NCBI GenBank assembly: GCA_032718475.1 | Contig: JAUCBJ010003602.1 | Coordinates: 62,001-126,000, forward strand | Direction of reading: 5' to 3' | DNA: 64,000 bases | Source: Nemertoderma westbladi | Lineage: Eukaryota > Animalia > Xenacoelomorpha | In this document: piece by piece, positions 46,824-60,400 of the stretch | How positions within the stretch are numbered: the first letter of the stretch is position 1 | How the letters are laid out: each line of letters opens with the position of its first letter | The notes under the pieces: generated by a model | The model's database searches: none | Told to the model about the DNA's origin: nothing | What the model saw: only the letters and a program-made list of their open reading frames with translations | Program-made: the position numbers and the translations under genes

Positions 46824-47566
46824 TGTTCCCGACTATAGTCAGTATTTCATCGTATAGTATGGCCCAAAATTCTTATCACCTGTTATTGCCGTAGAAATTC
46901 CATTTTATTGAGTGAGAATGTCATGACGTCATAACATGACGTCACAAAAGTAAAAGTATAGTGTATCTTGCATGAAGGCTTGCTCGCCTCATGATCACGA
47001 GAGAATTATCATATCCTATAATGAGTGAGTGAATATTAGAACCATTTAAAGTGAAAGGACACATTGAGTGAGAGGCAACAATGGAAGTGTAAGGCATCCT
47101 CTGGGATTTATCCTCACCTGTGTATATTGGTGTATAACGTATTATATATTTTGGCCCCATTTTCTATGGCCTATTGTTATTAGGTAAACCAATCCCAGAT
47201 GGCTTTCCTTCCATTCATATATGACAAGAGCAGGATGATATTAGATTCATTCTGTCGATATAACTTTGTAGAAACGTTACATAGTTTTCACCGTTCGTTC
47301 GTACTTTCGTTCTTTCGTTCGTTCTGACCTATTGGTCACTGAACTTAACTATTATTGTTCTAATTGAACTGAACGTACAGTACATTTGTACTGTACGTGT
47401 TATAAGTCATTTGTTGAAGGAAGGAAGCGTCATCATGTGATTGTGCACTGGTGCCGTTTATACATATTGAACATTAAAGTAACTAGGACTTGAACTGAGT
47501 TTTCTAGACGAATGAAACGGACGCGTAGAAACGACGTTCTTAGAGGGAAAGAATATCGACGGAACA
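46824..47566 (+). repeat. 5' LTR
   Basis: Direct repeat of 56717-57459 with no differences spotted by eye. TATA-like TATAA at 47259. Confidence 0.96.
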
Positions 47567-47568
47567 AA

Positions 47569-47579
47569 GTGAAAACTAT
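47569..47579 (+). promoter_or_regulatory. Putative self-primer binding site GTGAAAACTAT
   Basis: Lies 2 nt after the LTR end, has no TGG, and is the exact reverse complement of ATAGTTTTCAC at 47281-47291 inside the LTR. Confidence 0.6.
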
Positions 47580-47637
47580 CTCGTTGAAAACGACAACGTG
47601 TAGCCGAATTAACGAACTTGAATAGATTTGATCTTCA

Positions 47638-50600
47638 ATGGCTAGCGCCAACCGAACGCCATCAACGAACCATCCATCAGTGGAAACGAGCTCAGACCTC
47701 ATTGACATGAGGGATGAGCCCAGACGAGTATCAGTCGTGGATGGCAGGATCGAGTCGGGCCGAGAACTCGCCCGAACCCCGAGAACGAACCCAACACAAG
47801 CGGAGGGCGCCTGGCAACCAACAACGAGCCCAGGCGGTGTGGCACGCTCAATTCCTGGGGCTGCTAGAGCAAGCATCGGAGCTCGCTTACGCACTAGCAG
47901 CTTGGTGGGAACTGGGCAGGGGCCACCCACTCACCCACAACGAGCTGTCCTCCCAACTCACGAACCTGAACCGGCCAATATTCGACACGAACCTGAAAGA
48001 ACCTCGACACAGACAACACGACCCAAAGACCCCCAGATCCAACGATCATCACGTTCACAACGAAGTGCTGTTCTGATTGATCCCCAACAACCAGAGATCC
48101 TTAAACGACGATCGCAACGAGCAGAACTGACTCTGTTTGGAACTGTTGAGAACCCAACTGGTGAACTGCCGGTGGAACCGGAGCTAAGTATACTTTTAAA
48201 TAAAATAACGGTCTACATAGATCATTTACGTGCGTGCGGAGAGGAACAAAGGGCTGTTGAGATTGAAGACCGGGTCAAAGCCCAGTGTCAATCTCGAGAG
48301 ACCCGTTCCAATCCAAACGTTAGGAGGGAACCCAGAGGAACCCAGAGTGAAGATCTGAGGGAAGGAGACCCGACCCCAAGCATTATCACCGAGGTGCCAC
48401 GCGTTGATCCAGAGGATTCTGTGTCCCAAGTGACACCAGACTCCATCTGGGAGAACGTCCCTAGGCAGAGTGATCGTGTTTCAGGGGTCGGATCTATACA
48501 CTCATCCACGATCAATCGAATGAGAACGAATGTAGGGATTGAACAAGCAAGAATGGAGCTAGCGGATGGCATGAGAGAACAAGAGCGTGAGTTAGAGAGA
48601 GAAAATAAAAGGAGAGTGAGTGAACGTGAACTGGAAAGAATAGAAAAAGAGGAACGTGAGGAACGTGAGAAAAGGGAACGAGAGAGAAGGGAACGAGTAC
48701 AACAGATTGCAGATGAGATGGAACGGGATAAAAGGGAAGGTGAGATAGAAAGGGAACGGGCAAGGGCCAAGAGGGAAATGGTTCGGCTAAATGCTGAACA
48801 GTGTATATTACGTATGGAAGAGGAGGCATCTCAACTTGGAATTTCCCAGAGGGGAAATAAAAGCAAGTGTGATTCAATGAATATACTAACTACTGTAGAA
48901 CCCAATAACCGAACTACTGTAGAACCCAATAACCGAGAAATTGAAAGTAACCTTCTAGCCATAGAAACACCCCGTTACCCATCACCCGTACGTAGAATAT
49001 CAGTGCGTACAGTACGGAAACCTGGTAATACATCAAAACCAGAATATTGTATTAGTAGCAGAACACCAGCAATTACAGAGCGCTTTAATAGCACGTTAGG
49101 CAACTCTGCTTCAAATGGCCCCAGAGGGGCTAAGAACCAAACATATAATTTGGAAAGCCCAGCAAATACTGTAAATGATGCTGTTACCAGCTGTATATAT
49201 AGAACAGGGCACCATATTGAAACCCCTGTGTCAATCATCCAGTACACTGGTGACGAAATGTCAGAACAAGCAGGCATGAATCATAACATTCAGACTCAAG
49301 TGCCGGCACCGGATTGCAGCAGTAGGCCTATTAGTCGGCTGCATTCGACCGGTCCGCCGGTAACACATTCTGTGCCGGTTTGCGGTACACCAGATTACAG
49401 CTGCAGTGATCAGCTACATGCGACTGGTCCGCCGCTGTCCAATTCTATACGCCTACCTGTGCCTGTACGCAGTACACCAGACTGCACAGCATGCAGTAGG
49501 CAGAATCCCGATTATTATTATTTACCGGTATCTAGCCAGAACCATAGGCCTAATGCTAATAGTAATACTCAAATACCGGTATCTGAAAGTTTAGATAGGC
49601 CTAATCTTAATGTACCGGTATCTTATGATTATAGGCCAAGTTATGTAGGCTTACCTAACAGCCTGATGCATACCGGTACTGTTAATCATACATGTAACCC
49701 TGCTGATGTAGGTCAAAATCAACATCAGTCTATAGACCACCCTATCCCATCCGAATTAAATCAAAATATCGGTATCCAATATGAACCAAGGTATGGCTAT
49801 GGAACACCATTGAGCAGTACTGGTAACCCAAGCCATTTAAACCCCAGAGCCGAGGAATTTCTACCCGTCCCCATAGGCGAAGTAGGAATGCCAGATGGCC
49901 AATATAAATACAAAACCCGTAGCGAAGTGAGTGAAACCCCACAGCAACGGGCAGTAACCTTTTCAAATCAAATAAATAATGGACCCGGATTATCCAAAAT
50001 ACCGAGTCTAGCGTACCCATCTATAGGAGCGCAAAGACAACAGAATAAAAATAATACCGCTGGCTACAATTACACAGGAGAAGCAGCCCCACATGGACCC
50101 CCTTATGTACAAGCAGGAATGGTCCCTCAATGTTATCAGAGCGGAGGAGAGAGTGAGTTAAGTCATATGGCGGCAATAACAGACGCCATAAAAGCCAAGC
50201 TAGAACTGCCACAGGCTAAACCGTTTACCTTCAGTGGAGAATACCCGGAAGAATATATTCAGTTTCGACAGCTATATACCACTGAAATTCTACTGAAACA
50301 TAACCTGTCAGAAGCACAGAAGATGACCTACCTGATGGTTTACACAACTGGCAAAGCAAAGGAAGTTGTTAGACAATATGCAGGCCTAACAGATGGTTTG
50401 CGACTAGCATGGGAAGCCATTGAAAAGCGATATGGAAATCCTTCACGTATAATGCAGGCAACAATCAACAAATTGGTCACTAACAAACAAATCACCACGA
50501 CTGCCGAGTTTAGGGACTTTACAGAAAGGGTAAACAAAGCCCTGGTTGCCTTGAAGGAACTCGATATGCCGCATGAGTTGAATGGCATCCATAACATGCG

Positions 50601-53600
50601 AAAAATAATTGAACTAATTCCCTATTGGGCGAGGAACGCATGGAGAAAGGAAGCAGCACGGACTCGCAGCCAACTGAACCGCGAACCAACCATGAACCAA
50701 CTGGCGAAATTCCTTTCAGATCAAACCGAGATACAAGATGACCCTGTATTCGCAGAGGGACTACTATCAGCTGGTATCGCTGAGCGCCGGGACCGATCAC
50801 ATTCACGGGATGACTCAACCCGACAATCGAGAGCAGATTACCCCCGAAAAACAAATATGCTGGTACCAAAGAAATCATTTGAATCTAACAAAGGGATGAT
50901 AAAACCTGAACGAGAGCAAGTCTACACAACAACGTCGACTAGTCCGATGAAGAGCCTACAATCGGACAAACAAGTCCGTTTCTCCAGCTACTCCCCAAAG
51001 CCACATACCCCAGATAGAGATTCCCAGGAGTTGGTATACACCCTTGCAACCTGTGATCCAAGCGCAAAGTGCTATCTACATCCAAATGCAAGAGACCATC
51101 AATTCGTGCAGTGTACCCAATGGATAAATGCCGCTGCGGATGAAAAATGGGACTATTTAAAGAAGAATGGACTGTGTAGGAGATGCTATGGGCGTGGCCA
51201 CATTGGACGCGACTGTCCGCACAACTCCAACACCAGGCATGAACCCAGAACATATGAACGATCCAGATCATACTCACCCGGAGGAGCGAGCGGGCTGACA
51301 CCCCTCACAAAGGAAACTAAAAATCTAAAACCCCATAGTAACCGAGGAGATACTGATACTACTACTGTTAACCAAAATAAAAATGAGAATCTAACATCTA
51401 AGACAGGGGGGGATCAGACCCAACATCCTAACCCTGCCTGGATGGCGAGATACAAGGATCCCCAGGGATCTGAAGTGAGTGGAACCACTGTTAATAAGAC
51501 CCAGGCAGTGACCCACATGGCGACATGTATGTCCCTGTCAGGGATTAAAGTGTACCTCAAAATTGTGCCAGTAAAAGTAATGTATAAAAATGAAAAACAA
51601 GTAACAACATATGCCTTCCTAGATGATGGTGCGACTATAAGTCTAATAAGTCGTACCCTTGCTGATACTCTGGGAATGGAGGGAACCAGAACTAAGTTAG
51701 GCCTGGCCATGGTGGGCCACCAGACAACATCAATGGGGGCCATGAGTACCAAGTGCTCCATAGGTGCTCTGGAAGGCCGAGGGACACTCATCATTCATGA
51801 TGCTGAGGTAGAAGTAATACCAGACGTTGGAGTTAACTGTACCCAACCAGATGAGGTAGAAATTGAGAGATACCAACACTTAAAGGGAATTAACTTAACA
51901 AACTTGCACATTGACATACCCTATGTGACTGTACTGCTTGGGATGAACAATCCTGAGGCACATGAAGAACTGGAAGTTAGGAAAGGTAGCAACCCAGGGA
52001 AGACACCATGGGGAAAGCTAACACCATTTGGGTGGTGTGTGACTGGACCACTGGAAACAACAGACTATATACACAACAAAACGAAGCGAGGTCTGGTGAA
52101 TCATGTGGAAATAACTACAGACTTAGAGACATTACTGAATAGGGACTGTGAGGGCCTTCATGACAACACATTGGGAGACTCTCCAGAGGACCGTAGGGCC
52201 TTACAGACTCTTAAGGACTCAATCCAACTGATAGATGGACACTACGAGGTAGACATGTTGTGGAAGGACCCCAATGAACGGCTTGAAAACAACTACATAA
52301 TGGCGAGAAATCGTCTGAGAAAGTTAAAAGAAAAACTGAGGAAACTACCAGCAGCAGAAGAAGCCATAAACAAGGCAATATGTAAGTATATAGAAAGGGG
52401 GTGGGCAATAGAACTTCCAGAGGATGCACAGGAAACTGACCGGACGTATTACTTACCGATACACACAGTGTGGGAACCAAGAAAGAACAAATACCGAGTA
52501 GTACATGATGCTGCAGCGAAGTACCATGGAAAATCGCTAAATGATTACCTTGTTCGTGGACCCAATATATACAACACAGGACTAGACGTTCTTCTAAGAT
52601 TCAGGAAGGGAACATTTGCTTTCACATGTGATGTGGAAGCAATGTTCCACCAGGTACGGGTGAACCCAAAAGACAGCAACAGCTTACGGTTCCTTTGGTA
52701 TGAAGGGGAGCTAGGCTCAAAGGAACCCAAAATCTACAAAATGATCGTCCATATTTTTGGTGCTAATTCATCTCCATGTGCGACAACATACGCTTTGAGA
52801 GAGACTACAAATGGCGAAAATCCTGCAATCCAGAATCCATCAGCAGATACAGTGGAAATGATTCGAGAACATTTTTATGTTGATGACGGACATGAGACAG
52901 GAAACTCAGAGGAGGAGTTGGTCAGGATTGCCAAGGAGGCTAAACTTTGTTTAGCGGGGGGAGGATTCAACCTGACCAAGTTTTTATCAAATTCCGAATA
53001 TATTACCAACTGCATGACAGACGGGACCCAACAGGAGCCACTGAACAAATTAACCACAGAACCAGAATACAAACCAATGATAGAAGCTGATGGAGACAGC
53101 GACGAAGTTCGAGCTTTAGGGATAGTCTGGAACCGAAGAACAGATGCATTTGAGTACCATATGGCGAAAATGAAAAGAGGGAAACATACTAAAAGGGAAT
53201 ATCTATCCTTTGTTGCCCGGATCTATGACCCAATGGGTCTACTCTCAAGGATCACAGTTGTTGGTCGACAAATACTTAGGGAAGCCCATCTACTGAAAGT
53301 TGGTTGGAATGATGAACTTCCCGAAGGAATAAGGAAGAAATGGGACAAATGGATGGATAGTTTACAACTACTAGATAAGATCACGATAGATCGGGCCTAC
53401 TTTCCCGACGGAAACATGGAAAACTTAGAGATACATATCTTCAGTGACGCCTCAGACAAAGGCTATGGAGCAGTAGCCTATGTGGTTCAAAGACAGAATA
53501 ATAGAAGGAGGGCACGGGTTGCATATAGTAAGGCGAGACCGGCCCCATTAAAAATTGTCACAATTCCTAGGATAGAACTCATGGCAGCTTTATTAGGAGT

Positions 53601-55552
53601 GAGAATAGGAAGACAGTTAGGAAAGGCGATTGGAAATATACAAACCTGGTATTTTTGGACTGACTCTACCACTGTTATTCATTATATCAGGACTGACGCA
53701 CGAAGATTCAAAGTCTTTGTTGCTAATCGAGTTGCAGAAATCCAAGAACTAACAGACATCAACAACTGGAACTATTGTCCAACGTCAATAAATCCCGCAG
53801 ACCAAATATCGAGAGGAATAATTGGAACACAGAAGAAGGAAGACGAAGATCTGTGGCAATATGGCCCGGAGTACCTCAAGGACGAAGGAAGATGGCCTGA
53901 ATTTCCAGGAGGTCCACAGGCTCTACTGGAAGGAGTCAAAGGGGATGACCCGGAATTACGAAGGGAATTAGTTATGTCAACCACTATAAGAGACAAACCA
54001 ACAATGACAGAGCGAATACTCCACCATGATCGCTCATGGTATGACACTAAACGGCGTGTAGCGCGATGGAGGATGTGGATGGCTTGGATACGAACACGGA
54101 AAAGTGGAGGGCCCCGACCAGAACTACATGTGGAAAATGCAGGGATGGCTATCATAAAGTACATTCAACAGGAGGGCTTCCCAGATGAAGTGGAGAAACT
54201 AGTGGTTGGAAAACCTATCCCGAAAGACAGCAACCTGAGACCATTGAGCCCCATTATGAAGGATGGAGTAGTCTGTATGGGCTCCCGGCTGGGGAATGCT
54301 CCAGGAGGGATTGTCCCTGATTGCCCCATATTGATCCCGAAAGACTCAGTTATCGTGGATAAGATTATACACGATTCCCATGAAGCCTCACAACATGGAG
54401 GTGTGGAAGCAACACTCACGAGGATACGGAGGAAATTCTGGATTCCAGCAGTCAGGAGAAGAGTGAAGGGCTGGGTGGAGAAGTGTGTTACCTGTCGCAC
54501 CATTCGCCGACAGAGGGTGGAGCAGGTGATGGCACCTTTACCTGCGGAGCGGATAACACCCTATGAGCCACCATTCACAAATTGTGGTGTTGACCTCTTT
54601 GGTCCGATTAACGTCAAAGTGGGCCGACGATACGAGAAACGATGGGGTTCCATATTTGTGTGTTACGCCTCAAGGGCTGTTGCCCTGGAATTAGTTAAAG
54701 ATGCAAGCGCGAACTCATTTATTAATGCACTCAGAAGATTCATTACAAGGTGTGGAGCAGTGCGAAGGATTAGCTCTGATAATGGGTCGAATTTCATTGG
54801 AGCTAATCGAGAACTTCAAGATCTATACCGGATTGCGCAAACACCTGCTATTGAAGAACATGCGAGGAAACAAGGTGTCAAGTGGAAATTCCATACCCCT
54901 TATGCCCCCCATTCTTCAGGAGTCTGGGAAAGACTTGTAGGAAGTGCTGAGCGGCTCTTAGAGGCAAGCATAGCACTAGATGCATTCTTAAAAATGCAGC
55001 TGCAATGCAGCATGCCGATCCTAGTAGTAGTAGGTAGTAGTAGAGGCAAGCACCCGAAATCGATGCCTTGATGAGGACGCATTCCGCACAGTGTTAGCAG
55101 AAACAGAGGCAACAATGAATGCGCGGCCGCTATGTGCGTTAAATGATGACCCGAATTCTTACGAGGTTTTGACACCAAACCATCTACTACTGAGGAGACC
55201 AGTCCAGGTTTTGAGTAAAGACCTGTTCGACGAGAATGACCTATATTCCAGAAAGACATGGAAAGTAATACAAGTAGTATCAAAGATATTCTGGCGCCAA
55301 TGGGTAACTGAATATTTACCAACCCTTCACAAGCGACACAAGTGGCGGGTGGAAAGGAGAGATCTGAAACCGGGAGATCTAGTCATAGTGACAGATGACA
55401 CCCTAGCGAAACACGATTGGGTGATGGCTAGAGTAGTAAATTGCCTGCAGGGACCCGATGGGCACACTAGAACAGTCGAATTGAAGACGAGTGGAAAGAA
55501 ACTTGTAAGACGTCCGATAAGCAAATGTTGCTTATTGGAGCAAACTGTCTAA
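47638..55552 (+). CDS. BEL/Pao Gag-Pol polyprotein (Gag, Zn knuckles, aspartic protease, RT, RNase H, integrase), frameshifted by an 82-bp insertion near the 3' end
   Basis: Motifs CRRCYGRGHIGRDC, AFLDDGAT, RVVHDAAAK, DVEAMFHQV, FYVDD, FSDAS, TIPRIEL, NPADQISRG, H..H/C..C, VDLFGP-SDNG-WERL and LTPNHLLL. Removing 54971-55052 fuses ORF 47638..55071 with 55091..55552 (LLEASTRNRCLDEDAFRTVLAETEATMNARPL), giving ~2610 aa. Confidence 0.95.
54971..55040 (+). mobile_element. 70-bp 5'-truncated SINE/LINE tail with (TAG)n end and 12-bp TSD TAGAGGCAAGCA
   Basis: TSD at 54959-54970 and 55041-55052, TAG-repeat tail, second copy at 9284-9322. Confidence 0.8.
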
Positions 55553-56716
55553 TTTATGCCAAAGTCATGGGGGGAGGGTCCATGTATACCTCAAATCGTA
55601 CCTAAATTAAGATTCATAATATATTATCAAATTTACAAATGAGTAGAAGAAAACTGAACTAGTACTTTAGGATAGGCAGATACCGGTATATAGGTACATT
55701 GACTGAATGGTAACCTGGGGTGAAATTTATGTTTCCGGAACATAAAATGTACGTGTGAAATGAATGAATGGTTATATGACGCAATACTGAACACAGCCCT
55801 AATGAACAATGAACTTGCAACTTCTCAGTTGCGGAATGAACTGAAGGAATGAATGAATGGAACAATTGTCGTATAAAATGAACTTAAATTATGGAAAACA
55901 TAGATTTCATTAGCAGCAACCATAGAACATGAAACCAGCAAATTCCAGAACGTATAATACAACTTTATAGTGTAACTGACCATTTAGTCGATTATGGATA
56001 TTATACGTTATTAATGATAGTACTTGATCTGGATATAGAAGAATTATCATATATAACTAGCTTATTAGAATTAATCTCAGAGGAGCCGTAATGAGGACTG
56101 TGATGTGTAAAGGATGCGATGGCGAAGTGGTACCACGGGGAGAAACATTTAAAACTTGGCTTATGAACTGTCTTGTCTCAGGGTACGAAATGGAGGAACG
56201 CGAAAGTATCGTGACCGCGAATTCTGATAGAAAGGAAGGATTCCCCACCGCAGGAGACCCCATGGGGGGAGTGACCATGGTAGCAGCGACTAGTGGTGAC
56301 CGTGGATGGAGCGTTTATGTTAGATTGTTATTACAAAAATAAACGAGGGACCCCATAATCATGAAAGGGAAATACATTACTTGATATGCTCTAACCATAT
56401 ATATATATATAATTGAATGGCACTACCTTTGCAATACGTACCTAGGATGAACTAACTAGCGATTTATCTTGAAGCATTATTGAACCACGAAATATTTTAT
56501 ATATCGGTATTTTAAAAGGACTTGAATGAATTGTAATGAATTTATAGAGGGAAATAGGAAACCACTCATGGTTTGGCAAACCATGAGCGTGTAATGTTGC
56601 CAGGGGGCCTACATCGCGGAATGACAGTTGATATGTATATCGTTTTCGGACTCAAACTTTTTAATATAGTCGTGATTTCCTCGAGAAACCATTTATAGTG
56701 GTTTCTGGGGGGAGTT

Positions 56717-57459
56717 TGTTCCCGACTATAGTCAGTATTTCATCGTATAGTATGGCCCAAAATTCTTATCACCTGTTATTGCCGTAGAAATTCCATTTTA
56801 TTGAGTGAGAATGTCATGACGTCATAACATGACGTCACAAAAGTAAAAGTATAGTGTATCTTGCATGAAGGCTTGCTCGCCTCATGATCACGAGAGAATT
56901 ATCATATCCTATAATGAGTGAGTGAATATTAGAACCATTTAAAGTGAAAGGACACATTGAGTGAGAGGCAACAATGGAAGTGTAAGGCATCCTCTGGGAT
57001 TTATCCTCACCTGTGTATATTGGTGTATAACGTATTATATATTTTGGCCCCATTTTCTATGGCCTATTGTTATTAGGTAAACCAATCCCAGATGGCTTTC
57101 CTTCCATTCATATATGACAAGAGCAGGATGATATTAGATTCATTCTGTCGATATAACTTTGTAGAAACGTTACATAGTTTTCACCGTTCGTTCGTACTTT
57201 CGTTCTTTCGTTCGTTCTGACCTATTGGTCACTGAACTTAACTATTATTGTTCTAATTGAACTGAACGTACAGTACATTTGTACTGTACGTGTTATAAGT
57301 CATTTGTTGAAGGAAGGAAGCGTCATCATGTGATTGTGCACTGGTGCCGTTTATACATATTGAACATTAAAGTAACTAGGACTTGAACTGAGTTTTCTAG
57401 ACGAATGAAACGGACGCGTAGAAACGACGTTCTTAGAGGGAAAGAATATCGACGGAACA
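56717..57459 (+). repeat. 3' LTR
   Basis: Direct repeat of the 5' LTR, preceded by a polypurine tract at 56707-56714. Confidence 0.96.
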
Positions 57460-60400
57460 ACCAATCAAATTCAAAGGTTTGTACATACAACCAATGTAAA
57501 GGTTTGTACATACAGTACAACCAATGTAAAGGTTTGTACATACAGTACAACCAATGTAAAGGTTTGTACATACAACCAATCAAATGTAAAGGTTTGTACA
57601 TACAACCAATCAAATATAAAGTTTTGTACATTCAACCAATCAAATGTAAATGTTTGTACATACAACCAATCAAATGTAAAGGTTTGTACATACAACCAAT
57701 CAAATGTAAAGGTTTGTACATACAACCAATCAAATATAAAGGTTTGTACATACAACCAATCAAATGCAAATGTTTGTACATACAACCAATCAAATTCAAA
57801 GGTTTGTACATACAACCAATCAAATATAAAGGTTTGTACATACAACCAATCAAATGTAAAGGTTTGTACATACAACCAATCAAATGTAAAGGTTTGTACA
57901 TACAACCAATCAAATATAAAGGTTTGTACATACAACCAATCAAATGCAAAGATTTGTACATACAACCAATCAAATTCAAAGGTTTGTACATACAACCAAT
58001 CAAATGTAAAGGTTTGTACATGCAACCAATGTAAAGGTTTGTACATACAGTACAACCAATGTAAAGGTTTTTTTACATACAACCAATCAAATGTAAAGGT
58101 TTGTACATACAACCAATCAAATGTAAAGGTTTGTACATACAACCAATCAAATGTAAAGGTTTGTACATACAACCAATCAAATGTAAAGGTTTTTTACATA
58201 CCGGTACAACCAATCAAATGTAAAGGTTTGTACATACAACCTATCAAATGTAAAGGTTTGTACATACAACCAATCAAATGTAAAGGTTTGTACATACAAC
58301 CAATCAAATGTAAAGGTTTGTACATACAACCAATCAAATGTAAAGGTTTGTACATACAACCAATCAAATGTAAAGGTTTGTACATACAACCAATCAAATG
58401 TAAAGGTTTGTACATACAACCAATCAAATGTAAAGGTTTGTACATGCAACCAATCAAATGTAAAGGTTTGTACATACAACCAATCAAATGTAAATGTTTG
58501 TACATACAACCAATCAAATGTAAAGGTTTGTACATGCAACCAATCAAATGTAAAGGTTTGTACATACAACCAATCAAATGTAAATGTTTGTACATACAAC
58601 CAATCAAATGTAAAGGTTTGTACATGCAACCAATCAAATGTAAAGGTTTGTACAAACAACCAATCAAATGTAAAGGTTTGTACATACAACCAATCAAATG
58701 TAAAGGTTTGTACATACAACCAATCAAATGTAAAGGTTTGTACATACAACCAATCAAATGTAAAGGTTTGTACATGCAACCAATCAAATGTAAAGGTTTG
58801 TACATACAACCAATCAAATGTAAAGGTTTGTACATACAACCAATCAAATATAAAGGTTTGTACATACAACCAATCAAATGTAAAGGTTTGTACATACAAC
58901 CAATCAAATGTAAAGGTTTGTACATACAACCAATCAAATGTAAAGGTTTGTACATGCAACCAATCAAATGTAAAGGTTTGTACATACAACCAATCAAATG
59001 TAAAGGTTTGTACATACAACCAATCAAATGTAAAGGTTTGTACATGCAACCAATCAAATGTAAAGGTTTGTACATGCAACCAATCAAATGTAAAGGTTTG
59101 TACATGCAACCAATCAAATGTAAAGGTTTGTACATACAACCAATCAAATGTAAATGTTTGTACATACAACCAATCAAATGTAAAGGTTTGTACATGCAAC
59201 CAATCAAATGTAAAGGTTTGTACATACAACCAATCAAATGTAAATGTTTGCACATACAACCAATCAAATGTAAAGGTTTGTACATGCAACCAATCAAATG
59301 TAAAGGTTTGTACATACAACCAATGTAAAGGTTTGTACATACAGTACAACCAATGTAAAGGTTTGTACATACAGTACAACCAATGTAAAGGTTTGTACAT
59401 ACAACCAATCAAATGTAAAGGTTTGTACATACAACCAATCAAATATAAAGGTTTGTACATACAACCAATCAAATGTAAATGTTTGTACATACAACCAATC
59501 AAATGTAAAGGTTTGTACATACAACCAATCAAATGTAAAGGTTTGTACATACAACCAATCAAATATAAAGGTTTGTACATACAACCAATCAAATGCAAAT
59601 GTTTGTACATACAACCAATCAAATTCAAAGGTTTGTACATACAACCAATCAAATGTAAAGGTTTGTACATACAACCAATCAAATGTAAAGGTTTGTACAT
59701 ACAACCAATCAAATGTAAAGGTTTGTACATACAACCAATCAAATATAAAGGTTTGTACATACAACCAATCAAATGCAAAGATTTGTACATACAACCAATC
59801 AAATTCAAAGGTTTGTACATACAACCAATCAAATGTAAAGGTTTGTACATGCAACCAATGTAAAGGTTTGTACATACAGTACAACCAATGTAAAGGTTTT
59901 TTTACATACAACCAATCAAATGTAAAGGTTTGTACATACAACCAATCAAATGTAAAGGTTTGTACATACAACCAATCAAATGTAAAGGTTTGTACATACA
60001 ACCAATCAAATGTAAAGGTTTTTTACATACAACCAATCAAATGTAAAGGTTTGTACATACAACCAATCAAATGTAAAGGTTTGTACATACAACCAATCAA
60101 ATGTAAAGGTTTGTACATACAACCAATCAAATGTAAAGGTTTGTACATACAACCAATCAAATGTAAAGGTTTGTACATGCAACCAATCAAATGTAAAGGT
60201 TTGTACATACAACCAATCAAATGTAAATGTTTGCACATACAACCAATCAAATGTAAAGGTTTGTACATGCAACCAATCAAATGTAAAGGTTTGTACATAC
60301 AACCAATGTAAAGGTTTGTACATACAGTACAACCAATGTAAAGGTTTGTACATACAGTACAACCAATGTAAAGGTTTGTACATACAACCAATCAAATGTA

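Larger units (their letters stand above)
46824..57459 (+). mobile_element. Full-length BEL/Pao LTR retrotransposon (10,636 bp)
   Basis: 743-bp LTRs TGTTCC...GGAACA, 5-bp TSD ACCAA (46819-46823 / 57460-57464), PPT GGGGGGAG before the 3' LTR, single gag-pol ORF. Confidence 0.97.

Noticed and set aside
47433-55524. Antisense and alternative-frame ORFs within gag-pol
   Set aside because: They are shadows of the main ORF with no recognisable motifs.
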